Below are positions 8,731 to 19,165 of a stretch of 23,812 bases of DNA, one piece after another (within the stretch, counting starts at the first letter, position 1; the number at the start of each line of letters is the position of its first letter). The stretch is from an uncultured Nitrososphaerales archaeon (lineage in GTDB: Archaea > Thermoproteota > Nitrososphaeria > Nitrososphaerales > Nitrososphaeraceae). Position numbers and translations under genes: made by a program. The stretch lies in assembly GCA_963709405.1 (NCBI GenBank), contig CAVPXM010000012.1:1-23812 (forward strand), read 5' to 3'. The notes under the pieces are model-generated. The model was given only the letters and a program-made list of their open reading frames with translations. It searched no databases and was not told the origin of the DNA.

Positions 8731-9558
8731 TTATACCAACCTCCTTGTCCAGTAGTTTCCCCACGTATCTTTTCTTTCTCTTAATTCTTTACTTGGCATT
8801 TGCATATTTATCATAGGCTTTGGTGAAGAGTAAAAACTACCTGAGCCGTATGCAGCATTTCCAGACCCTGTTTCAATGAAACATTCTCCAAATCCATCCC
8901 AGCTTCTTATTTCAGTTCCAAGGATAGAAGACCCTATGTTGTTGGCTACTATCTCGGCTTGACCAAATGCAAATGTGGCAGACCTTTGGAAGCATCATTC
9001 CTGACTGAAGTTTCACAAGAGCAACGTCTCCGATCGCGTAAACATTATCACATTTTGTTTGCATGTTCTTTTGGTCTACCGGAATCCATCCTGATGCATC
9101 AGCAAGAAGACTCTCTCTGACGACTTTGGGGCTGGTATGCGGAGGTATTTTTATAAGCAGGTCGTACTTTTCCCTGAGTCCGCTCTCGAATATGATTTCC
9201 TTCGAGCGCCATCTATTGACGATGCCTTTGTGTTACTGTGAAACCCTATTCCTTTTTCGTTCAGGATAGAAACAATCGCATTTCCTACATCAGGACCCGC
9301 TACTGGCATTGGCAATGGCTCTGGCGTGAATATCTGTATGTCTGACTTGTCACGCAAGCCCTTGCCTCTAAGATGGTCGTCGATAAGCATGGCAGCCTCG
9401 TAGGGGGCTGCTGGACATTTGAAGGGAGTGCTGGAAACCACCAATCTTACCAAACCACCTTTGAATGACGATAGAGCATCTCTGAGTTTCTTTGCATCCT
9501 CCAGCGTGTACATATGAAAAGATGACTCAAAATCTGAAACTTTTTCTGGTGCAAGCTC
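8731..9558 (-). pseudogene. sulfide:quinone oxidoreductase-like FAD-dependent oxidoreductase, 5'-truncated and frameshifted
   Basis: PFKCPAAPYEAA, IPPH, GWIPVD, VYAIGDVA, LPK, CFIETG motifs across frames; N-terminal GxGxxG region absent. Confidence 0.85.
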
Positions 9559-9655
9559 TAGAAATCAATCAATCTACGGGAGTTCTATTTTGACGGATTG
9601 AAATATATACCAAATTGATATATATTTGGCACTGAATATATACTTAGGTAGTTAC

Positions 9656-10213
9656 ATGGCCATAAATAAAGACTATATCGAGCCTAGTGAATCAAGTACC
9701 GAACACGTTAACGTAGACTCTGAAGCAGTAGAAAAAAAGAAGTCCGCTAAAGAGACAAAACGAGAAGAGTGGACTGTGATAAAATCCAAGAACAATCCTA
9801 TTGTACAAGAAGCCATCGTCCCTGGCAAGAACATTCCTAACAAACCACCACCAGTATCATCATCGCAACTACGAAAGTCCTCCATAAAAGATGATAATAG
9901 TAGTTATACTACCAACATACAAAAGAAAATTGAGACGGATAAAAAGGTTGCAGAATCAGTTGTAGAAGCTGTGGAGAAAACTGTAGAAGAGGTAGTAGAG
10001 AATGTAACTGACTTAAGAGAGCCAGAATATATGAAGAATTATGAAATACCTACATCTAATCCATTTGTTTCGGCCGTGACCTTTTGGCAAACAAGCGTTC
10101 TGAACTATCTGGATATATATAAAGAACTGTCCATAAACACCATAAGGTTGACACAAAGTTGGTTTAGTTATTTTTTTCCGAAAATGTATCCTTGGTCGAG
10201 GTTAAATCAATAG
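9656..10213 (+). CDS. hypothetical protein (charged low-complexity N-half, amphipathic C-terminal helix)
   Basis: Open 185-aa frame from ATG 9656 with TATA-like tracts at 9600-9645. Confidence 0.6.
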   Translation: MAINKDYIEPSESSTEHVNVDSEAVEKKKSAKETKREEWTVIKSKNNPIVQEAIVPGKNIPNKPPPVSSSQLRKSSIKDDNSSYTTNIQKKIETDKKVAESVVEAVEKTVEEVVENVTDLREPEYMKNYEIPTSNPFVSAVTFWQTSVLNYLDIYKELSINTIRLTQSWFSYFFPKMYPWSRLNQ

Positions 10214-10351
10214 ATCTCACGTAGCTAGATAACACTAAAAACAAAGTAAAAGACACATCTACTAATTTTAATACCTAACTGCATGAGCTACAATTGTGAT
10301 AGCGTATTACAGAAATCACATGGCTGCTAGATGTAAGCATTCTTATCCTCG

Positions 10352-10660
10352 TTAAAATTCAAAGTCTGCTCTTTTCATCTTTGAACCGCATTCGGGACAA
10401 GCAATTTCATTATGCTTTGTTCCACAATTAATACAAGAATAGCTTAAGGATGAGGAGGAATAACTGCTAGTACTACCGAACTTCGTATTCACTCTTTTAA
10501 TAACTTTTCTTCTAATATAAAAGTTCAACAAAATGAAAGCTGTTATCGCTAACACTATAGATAAAGGAAATGGGGCATATAATAAAATAGCAAAGATAAT
10601 GCCAAGCGAGATGCCTATCCATAACAATCGTCCAAAAAGATACTGCTCATTAGTATTCAT
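10352..10660 (-). CDS. small membrane protein with C-terminal Zn ribbon
   Basis: Two hydrophobic segments followed by CINCG-x6-ACPECG. Confidence 0.75.
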   Translation of the reverse strand: MNTNEQYLFGRLLWIGISLGIIFAILLYAPFPLSIVLAITAFILLNFYIRRKVIKRVNTKFGSTSSYSSSSLSYSCINCGTKHNEIACPECGSKMKRADFEF

Positions 10661-11000
10661 GATCGTGAAACCATTAGAACTATTATGTTTTCTCTTATTA
10701 TACATATTGCATGTAATCGATTAGTCCACAATAGTTGATTATGGTTAAAGCCAAACCACATTAACAAAATCTTGTGCCTAGAGACATGATATTGCTATAG
10801 TGGAGTACTTTTCATCATCTAGTCTGCATCAGAATGAAGACCAACTATTCTGGAGTTAATATCTACATGTAACAGAATTCTAATCCATATCAACAAATAA
10901 AGTTTTTGCATCATAAATATTGCATGATAATGTGTTCCATATAATGACGGAATAAGACAGTTATCATTAAGAAATGTCCCAAATGATCATTTTCATTTAT

Positions 11001-11180
11001 TTATGATTCAAACTTGACTTTACCTATATTAAATGAAACCCCTTGTTCATAGAGTCCTTTCGAAATACTTCTAATTAAACCGCTTTCTATAGCCCTGAAT
11101 CGTTCCCTATCTTCAATTATGTCAAGCGGCATGTCAACCTCAATTTCTATTTCAAGTTTTACCTTCTTTGATATTACCAT
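11001..11180 (-). CDS. small hypothetical protein
   Basis: MVISKKVKLEIEIEVDMPLDIIED...GLYEQGVSF; protein-like beta-alpha-beta pattern; ATG 11180 is preferred over the upstream start. Confidence 0.6.
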   Translation of the reverse strand: MVISKKVKLEIEIEVDMPLDIIEDRERFRAIESGLIRSISKGLYEQGVSFNIGKVKFES

Positions 11181-11608
11181 TGAAACATAGAACATAAATA
11201 CTATTGATAATATATTTGATTTTGATTCCTCATCCTCTTTATAATTCAGCAATAATAATTAACCAAGTAGATTAACTCTCGTAAAAATAAACGTACAAAA
11301 TTCAAATTTGAATCGATTGAAAAAACTGACTTATTTGAGATAAGCCAAAATGTATAGCTAGTAACCATGACTATGAAAACCAGTATGAATGGTGACAATT
11401 ATTGACTTGCATAGTTACAGAATTTGATGACCGTCCATCGTAAGAACAGTTATGAGAAAACTGTACACGAATATCTTAAATTATATGGTTATTTTGATCT
11501 GTAATGTCAAAGAGCATCATAAACTAATGTCTTCTGAGATGCTCCAATTGCCACAATAAACCCAGTTAAGATTATTCAATATACATAAAAAAAAGTAAAT
11601 TGTTCTTG

Positions 11609-12010
11609 TCAATCAACCAACCAATTAATAATAGCATCTAACTCTTCGCAATTTAAAGTCACTCGTATAGGTCCTAATGGAGATTCTTGTTCGTTTTCAA
11701 TAATTGCCACAACACCCACACTTGCTGCTTGCTTATTTAAAAAAAACCATGTAGTATTTTTGCTACGATTCCCAATTAGTATTCTTCGAAAAACATTCTG
11801 AACAGATCTAGACCGTATTTGCTCATAAATTATATCTAGCGGGTTAGTGTTAACTGATTTGCAAGTAACTCTACTACCATATTTCAATTCAGGTGAGCAA
11901 TGGTATATGATACTAGTAACTGCATTAATTACTTTAGCTGAAGACTCAGATGCATTAACTGCTGCATTAACTTCTAATTCCATAGTGGATCTCAGAAATG
12001 GCCTTTTCAT
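11609..12010 (-). CDS. UPF0201/DUF54 archaeal RNA-binding-domain protein
   Basis: VNASESSAKVINAV...FFLNKQAASVG...ESPLGPIRV is the family signature. Confidence 0.85.
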   Translation of the reverse strand: MKRPFLRSTMELEVNAAVNASESSAKVINAVTSIIYHCSPELKYGSRVTCKSVNTNPLDIIYEQIRSRSVQNVFRRILIGNRSKNTTWFFLNKQAASVGVVAIIENEQESPLGPIRVTLNCEELDAIINWLVD

Positions 12011-12264
12011 CTCAAATTCTTGTATACTCTTTCTCCTTAATATTCATATTATGAGAACAAGATTCTTCAGGCATATTTTATCTGTTCGTACAGCACACAA
12101 AATCTGGTAGATATATTGCTATAGTGGAGATTCTTTATTTGGATTGTTCTTATTACATCTATTCCTGCTATATGAATAGATAAGAATAGATCCACATAAA
12201 GTCTCTGTAAAACCAGTTTATTATTTATTTCTAGTTCTAGTCGTTTTCCACATACGCCGGCTTT

Positions 12265-13411
12265 TTATTCTTTGTAAACCATATTTCCTTCTGCAACAAC
12301 CAAGATGGGATAACTTAACAATGAAAATGGATCTCCATTCCAAACTACGAAAGAGGATCGAAAGCCAGGTTTTAACTGTCCAATATACCGGATCCCAATA
12401 ATTTCTGCAGCTTCGCTAGTAATTTTTGAGATTGCATCAGCTTTTGATAGACCAAATCGCAACAAGCGTCTTAAAGTAAAAAACATATTTCTTTGTAAAA
12501 TGACAGGATGATCACTCATAAGGGAAAACCTTGCTCCAGACTCTAACAGTTTCTCCACGTTTCTCCAACTTTCATGTCTTAACTCTGTTTTGTATGGAAA
12601 TGAATCCATTGGTCCGTACACTATTGGAATAGATGCATACTTTAATGCTGCAAAAACCTCTGTTCTATATACATCAGCACAATGATTTGCAACCACCTTA
12701 ATTCCGAACTCACTTGCCAGCTGAATCAAAACGATAACATCGTCTTCTTTATGAACATGGACCATCATCTTATATTTGCCATAAAGTATGTCAAGGAATA
12801 TTTCAGTAATGGGTTCTACTTCATCTATCACTTTCTTTCCTTCTTGGATAAGTCTTTGCATTTTTCTAGCTTTGATAAAATTTTCACGAAGCATTGCTAT
12901 GGCGCCCATACGAGTGGATGGCCTTTCACCTTTCCATTCTGTCGTACTACGAGGGTTAAATCCTAGTGCAGCTTTAATTCCAACATCCATTACATATGCA
13001 TCTCCAATATCCTTAAAAATTACGTACAAGGACAGCCTTTCCCCCAATAATATTTCCACTACCAGGCAACACGGTGGAATAAATAACCCCGCTCTCAACT
13101 GATTCGCCAAAGGACGGATCATCCATGTAAATGCTGTGTAAAGAATTTACTAGAGGATAAATGGTCTTCATTTGTTCATTGGCTTCTTCTTCCTTACCTG
13201 GTTCGACTGATCTGGCCATCCCAATGTGACTATGTGAATCGATAAATCCCGGGGTAACAGTATCAGCTTCAATAATTATGTCATCGGCACTCCCTTCAAC
13301 TACAGGTTTGCTGCTTCCAATGTACTTTATTTCATCACCTTCAAATCCAATAAACATTTCCTTTCTCTCGCTAATTCCATCAAACAATGTTCTTGTTTTA
13401 ACCAATTTCAT
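12265..13411 (-). pseudogene. metal-dependent amidohydrolase (imidazolonepropionase-like), single frameshift
   Basis: TPGFIDSHSHIG, LPGSGNIIGG, VHVH, MSDHP, IGQLKPG...VVWNGDP; one frameshift at the homopolymer near 13015-13020, which could be a sequencing error. Confidence 0.85.
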
Positions 13412-13761
13412 AAATTATATCTAGATCAGATCTGCAGAGTTATTTAGATTTGTCCCTATGGTAATATCATATTGGTCGAATTTGTTTTGATGATACTAAA
13501 TTTGATCTTTTTCTCTTCTATAATAATAGGAATCCATAATTATGGATCAGCTTAATGAAGCTATTATGCTTCAGCTTCTGTTACTATCTTTGTATTTAAT
13601 AACGAATTGTTAATAGGTCACTGAGACTGTTAATTCTTTCTCCATTTGAAACTTCAATTGTAATAATATGTAATAGTATGCATTTTCAGACTTTACAATT
13701 CAGGCAATCATTAAATACAACATCTCTTGTTCATTTCTTTTCGTGAAAAGTTGCACGGTAG

Positions 13762-14151
13762 TCATAACAACAATTTTCGTATTGATACCTCGCCTATCAT
13801 ACGAATAACTTTCGAATGATCGGCTTCTACTTCTGTAGTTATATACAGTAGATGACGATCAGCATCACCAGGTATCGGCATAGTTATACGTTTAATCTTT
13901 TCATATTCAGCCAGGACATATTTCCCTTTTCCAATTTTTGGTTCAAGTTTACTGCGTATCTTCCATGAATTTACGGCTAGTTCAAGAGACTGTTTGCTCT
14001 CTTCAGTTGTCAGTAAATTTTTTACACCTTGGTTATGTTCCGAATACATTACTCTACCATTCGAATCGCATACAGTAACCAGTCTGATCTTTGGATCGAT
14101 ATTAATAATGTTTTCATACAGCTTTTTATAATCTATTTTTTTATAGTCCAT
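13762..14151 (-). CDS. DUF6659-like thaumarchaeal protein (profilin/roadblock-like)
   Basis: IDPKIRLVTVCDSNGRV...LLTTEES...IGKGKYVLAEYEKIKRITMP; likely ATG at 14151. Confidence 0.75.
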   Translation of the reverse strand: MDYKKIDYKKLYENIINIDPKIRLVTVCDSNGRVMYSEHNQGVKNLLTTEESKQSLELAVNSWKIRSKLEPKIGKGKYVLAEYEKIKRITMPIPGDADRHLLYITTEVEADHSKVIRMIGEVSIRKLLL

Positions 14152-14534
14152 TAATATAATTAATATATAGATAGATTTAAAAAGTATTATAACGAGAGTC
14201 ATTTTTTGCCCGCAAGGATCAGATCCATTTAGGATTGTAAATGAATGAAATATGGCATTCAGCTTTTGAGATTAGAATTGCATGCCTAACAACTTGATTA
14301 TGAATTAGTTAAATTACAACAACTAGTCAGTTCTCAAAACCAATTTGAGACATAGCTTCTGCCCGAAAAAATAGATCTTTACAACTTGCCATCAGTAAAA
14401 AAGTTCAAAATTGAACATCCTAACCCATTTTTATTATTACAACGCGGCTTCTTAGATGGTTAAATTCTTTATTGAGTTTGATACGACGCATTTTTGAGTT
14501 TAATGACAATCCTCAGATTTCAGAAGGTAAATGC

Positions 14535-14546
14535 TAGTATATACTA
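14535..14546. promoter_or_regulatory. 12-bp perfect palindrome in the integrase promoter region
   Basis: TAGTATATACTA, ending 33 nt upstream of the integrase GTG. Confidence 0.4.
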
Positions 14547-14578
14547 TCTTTTAATACAGGCTTCATGCTCAGATTATT

Positions 14579-15754
14579 GTGTCTGAGATTGAAGAATATA
14601 ATGATGTCCAAAACGAGGCATACACGAACTTTATTAACAGCGTAGATTCAGAAGCAACAAGAACAAATTATCGTAGAGTATTCCCTTATTTTATGAAGTT
14701 CTGCAAAAGGGAGGCATATGAACAAATGTTAAACATTGAAATACCAAAACTAGAAGGTTTGATAAGAGATTATATTATTCATTTGAAGCAGAATAAGAAA
14801 CTAGCACCTGGTTCGATTTCAATGTATGTCTCTGGAATCAGACACTTTTACCAGATGAATGATGTAGTACTAAACTGGGATAAGATAAAAAAATTCAAGG
14901 GTAGATTTAGAAATGTCGTTGAAGACAAACCATACACCAGAGAGCAAATTAAAGCATTGGTAGATGGTGCTCCATCACTAAGAGACAAGTGCATCATATT
15001 ATTAATGGCCTCAGCTGGGTTACGAAGAGGAGCCTTGTCGTATCTTAGAATAAGGGACATACAGAAAATTGACAAATACCAATTATACAAGATTGCCGTT
15101 TACAAGAATGAGCAAGAATATTATGCAGCATTCTGTACACCAGAATGTGCTAACTATATTGACCAATATCTAGACTGGAGACAACGATTGGGTGAGAAAT
15201 TACATGAATCAACACCACTATTGAGAAAATCATTTGATACTGTCACGGAAGTTAACCGACCGAAACCAATCAGTCATTATATTATTTCCACAATGATTAC
15301 TTCACTGCTCGACAAGACTGGTGTTAGGGTAGCAAATCAAGTATATCAGCGAACCGAACTAATGCAATGTCATGGTTTTCGCAAATTCTTCAAAACAACT
15401 TGTATTAATGCGGGGATGAATCCTCTTTATTCAGAATATGTGATGGGTCATCGTTCTGGCTTAACCAAGTCATACTTCAAACCGTCTGATATAGAATTAC
15501 TAGAAGGCAATGACAAAGCCCTCGGTTATACCGCAGTAATAAACGACCTTACTATAAACGAAGAATATCGCTTGCGTAAAAAGGTGGATGAGCTAACTAA
15601 AAAGAAAGGTGAAATTGAAACTTTGGAAATCAGACATAATCGAGAGATAAAGGCTATGCGTGATCAAATGAGCCAGATTATGTCAATGATACAACATAAT
15701 CCTAAACTGGCTCACGTTAAGCCAGAGGCATTGATAACTAAAATTACAGAATAG
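14579..15754 (+). CDS. tyrosine recombinase/integrase
   Basis: Catalytic set intact: AGLRRGAL (R), VYK (K), CHGFRKFF (HxxR), MGH, KSYFKP (Y); SAM-like N-domain and coiled-coil C-tail. Confidence 0.95.
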   Translation: MSEIEEYNDVQNEAYTNFINSVDSEATRTNYRRVFPYFMKFCKREAYEQMLNIEIPKLEGLIRDYIIHLKQNKKLAPGSISMYVSGIRHFYQMNDVVLNWDKIKKFKGRFRNVVEDKPYTREQIKALVDGAPSLRDKCIILLMASAGLRRGALSYLRIRDIQKIDKYQLYKIAVYKNEQEYYAAFCTPECANYIDQYLDWRQRLGEKLHESTPLLRKSFDTVTEVNRPKPISHYIISTMITSLLDKTGVRVANQVYQRTELMQCHGFRKFFKTTCINAGMNPLYSEYVMGHRSGLTKSYFKPSDIELLEGNDKALGYTAVINDLTINEEYRLRKKVDELTKKKGEIETLEIRHNREIKAMRDQMSQIMSMIQHNPKLAHVKPEALITKITE

Positions 15755-15797
15755 GATACAGGAAAAGAATGTATGATCCTTTCTATCAAAATACTAT

Positions 15798-16697
15798 TTA
15801 TTTTCCTCGCATTTGGTCAAACTCCATGGACATGAAAGTATCGAAATTATTTTCAATGTTAGACCTTGTGTTAAAGTCTTCTGCCATGCCTTTAGCCAGT
15901 CCTTCCACGTCATTGGGGTTAATTTTCCATTTGTACGTTGATGATTGAGAATATATTCTCAGTCTGGCCATTTCAGTTAATATGATCTTGGAAGCAAAAT
16001 TTGATATTGGTTCCATTTCTTTCTTTATTTCATAACGGTTCCATCTGCTTAATGCATCTTGTATTCTTTCCTTTATCTCATCTAGTTCTGTTACTACAGA
16101 TGAAATAAACGCGTTCTGACCGCCGAGAGTTACATCATCAAGTGTTTCTGAAATTTTAATTTGCATCTGGTATAACTTTGAAAAGATAGTAAAGTTCAAT
16201 AGTTCTTTAGTGTATTTGTCTTCAATTATTCTTGACCAAACCATTGCTGACCTGAGCATATATAGTCTCATGGTATCGAATAAGAATAGTGTAGTATCAT
16301 AAATTAGCTCAGATGCATCATATAATGGCCACTTTCCTGATTGCCATCCTTTATGTTCTCCTTTTATTTTCTTTAATAAACTGGGATAAAGTTCTTCAAA
16401 TTCTTTTAGTTCCTTTGAGACTGTATACAGAGGATTGTCTTCTCTAACATAAAGCATTTTATTTCTGGCTGTTTTATGCGATTTCTTTTCCATAATCACT
16501 TTCTTTCTTTTCAACTTTTTTAAGATTTTAAATAATCTTTTTCGTCCAATTTCCCTTTCTTCTTCTGGCTTTTCTAATTCATTTTTCATAATACACTCAG
16601 CAGTACAGCCAGGGTTATTTAGTATGAAATCTATAATTATCTGACTGTAGTGTTGTTCATCGAATTTAGTAATTCCATATATTTCCGTAGATGTCAT
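15798..16697 (-). CDS. hypothetical protein with N-terminal winged-HTH (putative regulator)
   Basis: IIDFILNNPGCTAECI...IGRKRLFKILKKLKRKKVI...MLYV is a wHTH pattern; intact 299 aa. Confidence 0.7.
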   Translation of the reverse strand: MTSTEIYGITKFDEQHYSQIIIDFILNNPGCTAECIMKNELEKPEEEREIGRKRLFKILKKLKRKKVIMEKKSHKTARNKMLYVREDNPLYTVSKELKEFEELYPSLLKKIKGEHKGWQSGKWPLYDASELIYDTTLFLFDTMRLYMLRSAMVWSRIIEDKYTKELLNFTIFSKLYQMQIKISETLDDVTLGGQNAFISSVVTELDEIKERIQDALSRWNRYEIKKEMEPISNFASKIILTEMARLRIYSQSSTYKWKINPNDVEGLAKGMAEDFNTRSNIENNFDTFMSMEFDQMRGK

Positions 16698-16718
16698 TAT
16701 GGATTAGTTTCCTAATAG

Positions 16719-16734
16719 TATCTATCTATCTATC
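16719..16734. repeat. (TATC)x4 in the 57-bp divergent promoter
   Basis: TATCTATCTATCTATC between the wHTH and RHH-like genes. Confidence 0.6.
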
Positions 16735-16754
16735 AGGGTAGTTATATTCTCTAC

Positions 16755-16940
16755 GTGGTAAATATAAGTACAATAGGAATTACCCGGGACACACGGGAAT
16801 TATTGAAAACACTAGGTAAGAAGGGCGATACATATGATATGCTAATACGACGGTTGGCAAAAATAATGATAGAAAATAGCAAGGATTCACTTGACGGTAG
16901 ATTTGCAAGCCTGCAGTCAAGTGAATCCCATAGCACTTAG
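16755..16940 (+). CDS. small ribbon-helix-helix/antitoxin-like DNA-binding protein
   Basis: STIGITRDTRELLKTLGKKGDTYDMLIRRL is a strand-helix-helix pattern typical of archaeal small RHH proteins. Confidence 0.75.
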   Translation: MVNISTIGITRDTRELLKTLGKKGDTYDMLIRRLAKIMIENSKDSLDGRFASLQSSESHST

Positions 16941-16954
16941 GAGAATGAACCCCT

Positions 16955-17125
16955 ATGAACACAGAAGTATTAGATTTCCAAGTTAATAACCTTATATGTG
17001 AAGCAACTGGCTGTTTCGAAAAAGCTACAGATAAGATCGTGGTAAAAGTTGGTAACCTAGGAGCAATTTCTCTATTGCTTTGCAGAGACTGTGTTGCTAA
17101 ATTCCAAGAGGTGCAACAAACATGA
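16955..17125 (+). CDS. 56-aa Cys4 (Cx4C...CxxC) putative Zn-binding protein, missed by the ORF track
   Basis: MNTEVLDFQVNNLICEATGCFEKATDKIVVKVGNLGAISLLLCRDCVAKFQEVQQT*; the stop overlaps the next ATG (ATGA 17122-17125); paralog at 1..102. Confidence 0.8.
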   Translation: MNTEVLDFQVNNLICEATGCFEKATDKIVVKVGNLGAISLLLCRDCVAKFQEVQQT

Positions 17126-17349
17126 CATATGCTAATAATAAATTATACGAAAACCATCAATCAAATTGCACCAAATACAAAGAATGCAAATGTAGAATTC
17201 AGCAGTTAGAACAGGATCTAACTCAGAAAGAAGAAGAATGCATGTTCTGCTATCGACAATTTGAAGATACCAAAGAGGCGCGATCTAAGGGTTCTGCCAA
17301 AACACGGAAGCGTCAATATAGTTACTTAAAAAGAGGTAAAGAGACATGA
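17122..17349 (+). CDS. hypothetical Cys-containing coiled-coil protein
   Basis: 75 aa with ATGA overlaps at both ends. Confidence 0.55.
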   Translation: MTYANNKLYENHQSNCTKYKECKCRIQQLEQDLTQKEEECMFCYRQFEDTKEARSKGSAKTRKRQYSYLKRGKET

Positions 17350-18161
17350 ATGAAGAATATGATAATAGTCTTTGAGACGATCAAACAATCAAAGGCATCA
17401 TCATCAACCTTAGACTAGTTGTTGATCAACTTGGCAAGAATTTCATCAAGACAAAGGATCTCATACATGAACTCGCGCGCCGCCTGGATGAAAGCAAGCA
17501 ATGTGAAAGGGATCAAGTGTCTAGAAAAATAAAAGAGGTTTTGAAAGATAAGATAAGGGAAGGAAAGATCACTGCAAAGTGGATAGAAGACTGCTTACCA
17601 CCAGAGTATAAGCGCAAATACACGACCAAAAGCGAAGTATCTTCGCTTTCAAAGGAGAATATGAAAGAAATTGAGGTTGATGCATCCGGAAACTCGGAAA
17701 TTGAATCAGCTACAACATCAGATGCTGATCCAAACAATATTGTTGTAAATTATGAGGGCCGGCCTCCAGATGTAGAAAATCTGAACAGAGATGCATCTCC
17801 TGTTAGTAAGGATCTAGAAGAAGAAATAAAAAAATCTACTTCATTTGCTACTGGAGACCAACAATTATCTGAACAAGCTACCATAGTTGAGCTTAAGACC
17901 AAAATCGAAAGACTTCAGTCCGATTTACAGTCCAAATCTGAAGAGAATTCCGTGTTAGACATACGGATCAAAGAGCTGGAAGCGCGTCCACAAAATGATC
18001 AAGTAGATAGATCCTTTGATGTCCAATTCCAGTTTCCATTTGAAGATCTGCGCGCCCATATGAGTTCATCTTTTAGTAAGAATAACTCTGTATCTAAGAT
18101 TTCATTCTCTGCTAAGGTTGATGTTGTCAATAGAAAGTTAACTGATATTCAAATAGGATAA
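17346..18161 (+). pseudogene. coiled-coil hypothetical protein with an early in-frame stop
   Basis: ATG 17346 (overlapping the upstream stop) is in frame with the 17517 ORF but interrupted by TGA at 17373-17375; motif KITAKWIEDCLPPEYKRKY. Confidence 0.65.
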
Positions 18162-18226
18162 CAATAGGACTCGATTAACGATGACAGTGACACGTACTAG
18201 TGTTTAGTATTCTGGGCGACGAAGGA

Positions 18227-18544
18227 ATGGGTAAGACAAAGTTAGATTGTGCAATGAAGGTTCATATGCAAAGGTATTGAATCTGAGCATTATTCGGCTA
18301 GTTAACCAAAAATCTAGTTTTAGCTCCCCTTGCATCTAATTTTTGGAATATGGCACTAAGAGCTTGTGTGGCGGTCCCTTCTGTGTCATCATTGTCAACT
18401 CTGTCATTTATCGATAGTCTCCCGACGGATAAACATGCCTTACATGATATACGGTTTAGATTCAAAGTTGATCGCATCTGGACTATCATAGCCGATAATC
18501 ATCTTGAATTAAAGCCAAACGACTTCAGCAAAGACATACTGTGA
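18227..18544 (+). pseudogene. degraded remnant of an element-associated protein
   Basis: MGKTKLDCAMKVHMQR... and LPTDKHALHDIRFRFKVDRIW...SKDIL segments separated by stops; function unknown. Confidence 0.35.
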
Positions 18545-18723
18545 TTTAACGAATGAATCTGTTCTTCAGATTATCGTAGTCCATTCCGTTATTAGAGTTT
18601 GCACTAAATATGCACTCCTATTAATCACGTTATTAGTAGCAAGTATCATAATTATTCCAGCGATTATTGCTCAACCAAGTTTCGCCCAGGTAGCATTGCA
18701 TAAGGAAAAAGTTGTCCTAACCC

Positions 18724-19119
18724 CTATTTCCGCAGTGGTCTGAAGCCCGCGCGAACCTCTTCTGAAAAGAGTTGGGGCTGTTCCCAGGCCGCAAAGTGCC
18801 CGCCTTTGTCGAGCTTGTTGTAATGGATGAGTTTGGGATATGCCCGCTCTGCCCAGCTTCGCGGGGCCTGATAGAGCTCGTCAGGGAAGACGCTCACGGC
18901 AACCGGGATCGAGACATTTTTGACGTCGAAGTAGCTGCCCTTGTATTCCCAATAGAGACGAGCCGCAGAAATCGCCGTGTTCGTCAGCCAGAACAGCGTG
19001 ATGTTGTCGAGTACATCGTCTCGGGTAAGGCCTCCGGGGTGTCCATCAAACGCCTGTGAGATCAGCTCGTAACTGCGCGCGTCGTGGTCAAGCATGAAGG
19101 CTGCCAGGCCGATAGGTGA
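18724..19119 (-). pseudogene. microsomal-type epoxide hydrolase, C-terminal fragment
   Basis: SPIGLAAFMLDHD...SAARLYWE...FPDE...GGHFAAWEQP (catalytic His); the nucleophile-bearing N-half is missing; much GC-richer than flanks. Confidence 0.9.
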
Positions 19120-19165
19120 AGGAAATCATTAGGCTATTTCTTCCTATAACATGTTAGTATGGACG

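Larger units (their letters stand above)
14579..18544. mobile_element. integrase-encoding integrative element (boundaries not determined; right part decayed)
   Basis: int convergent with a wHTH gene, which diverges from a closely packed RHH-like / Zn-finger / coiled-coil operon; no att sites found by eye. Confidence 0.7.

Noticed and set aside
17373-17375. Selenocysteine or readthrough TGA in the 17346 ORF
   Set aside because: No redox motif context or SECIS-like support; neighbouring genes are decaying, so a nonsense mutation is simpler.
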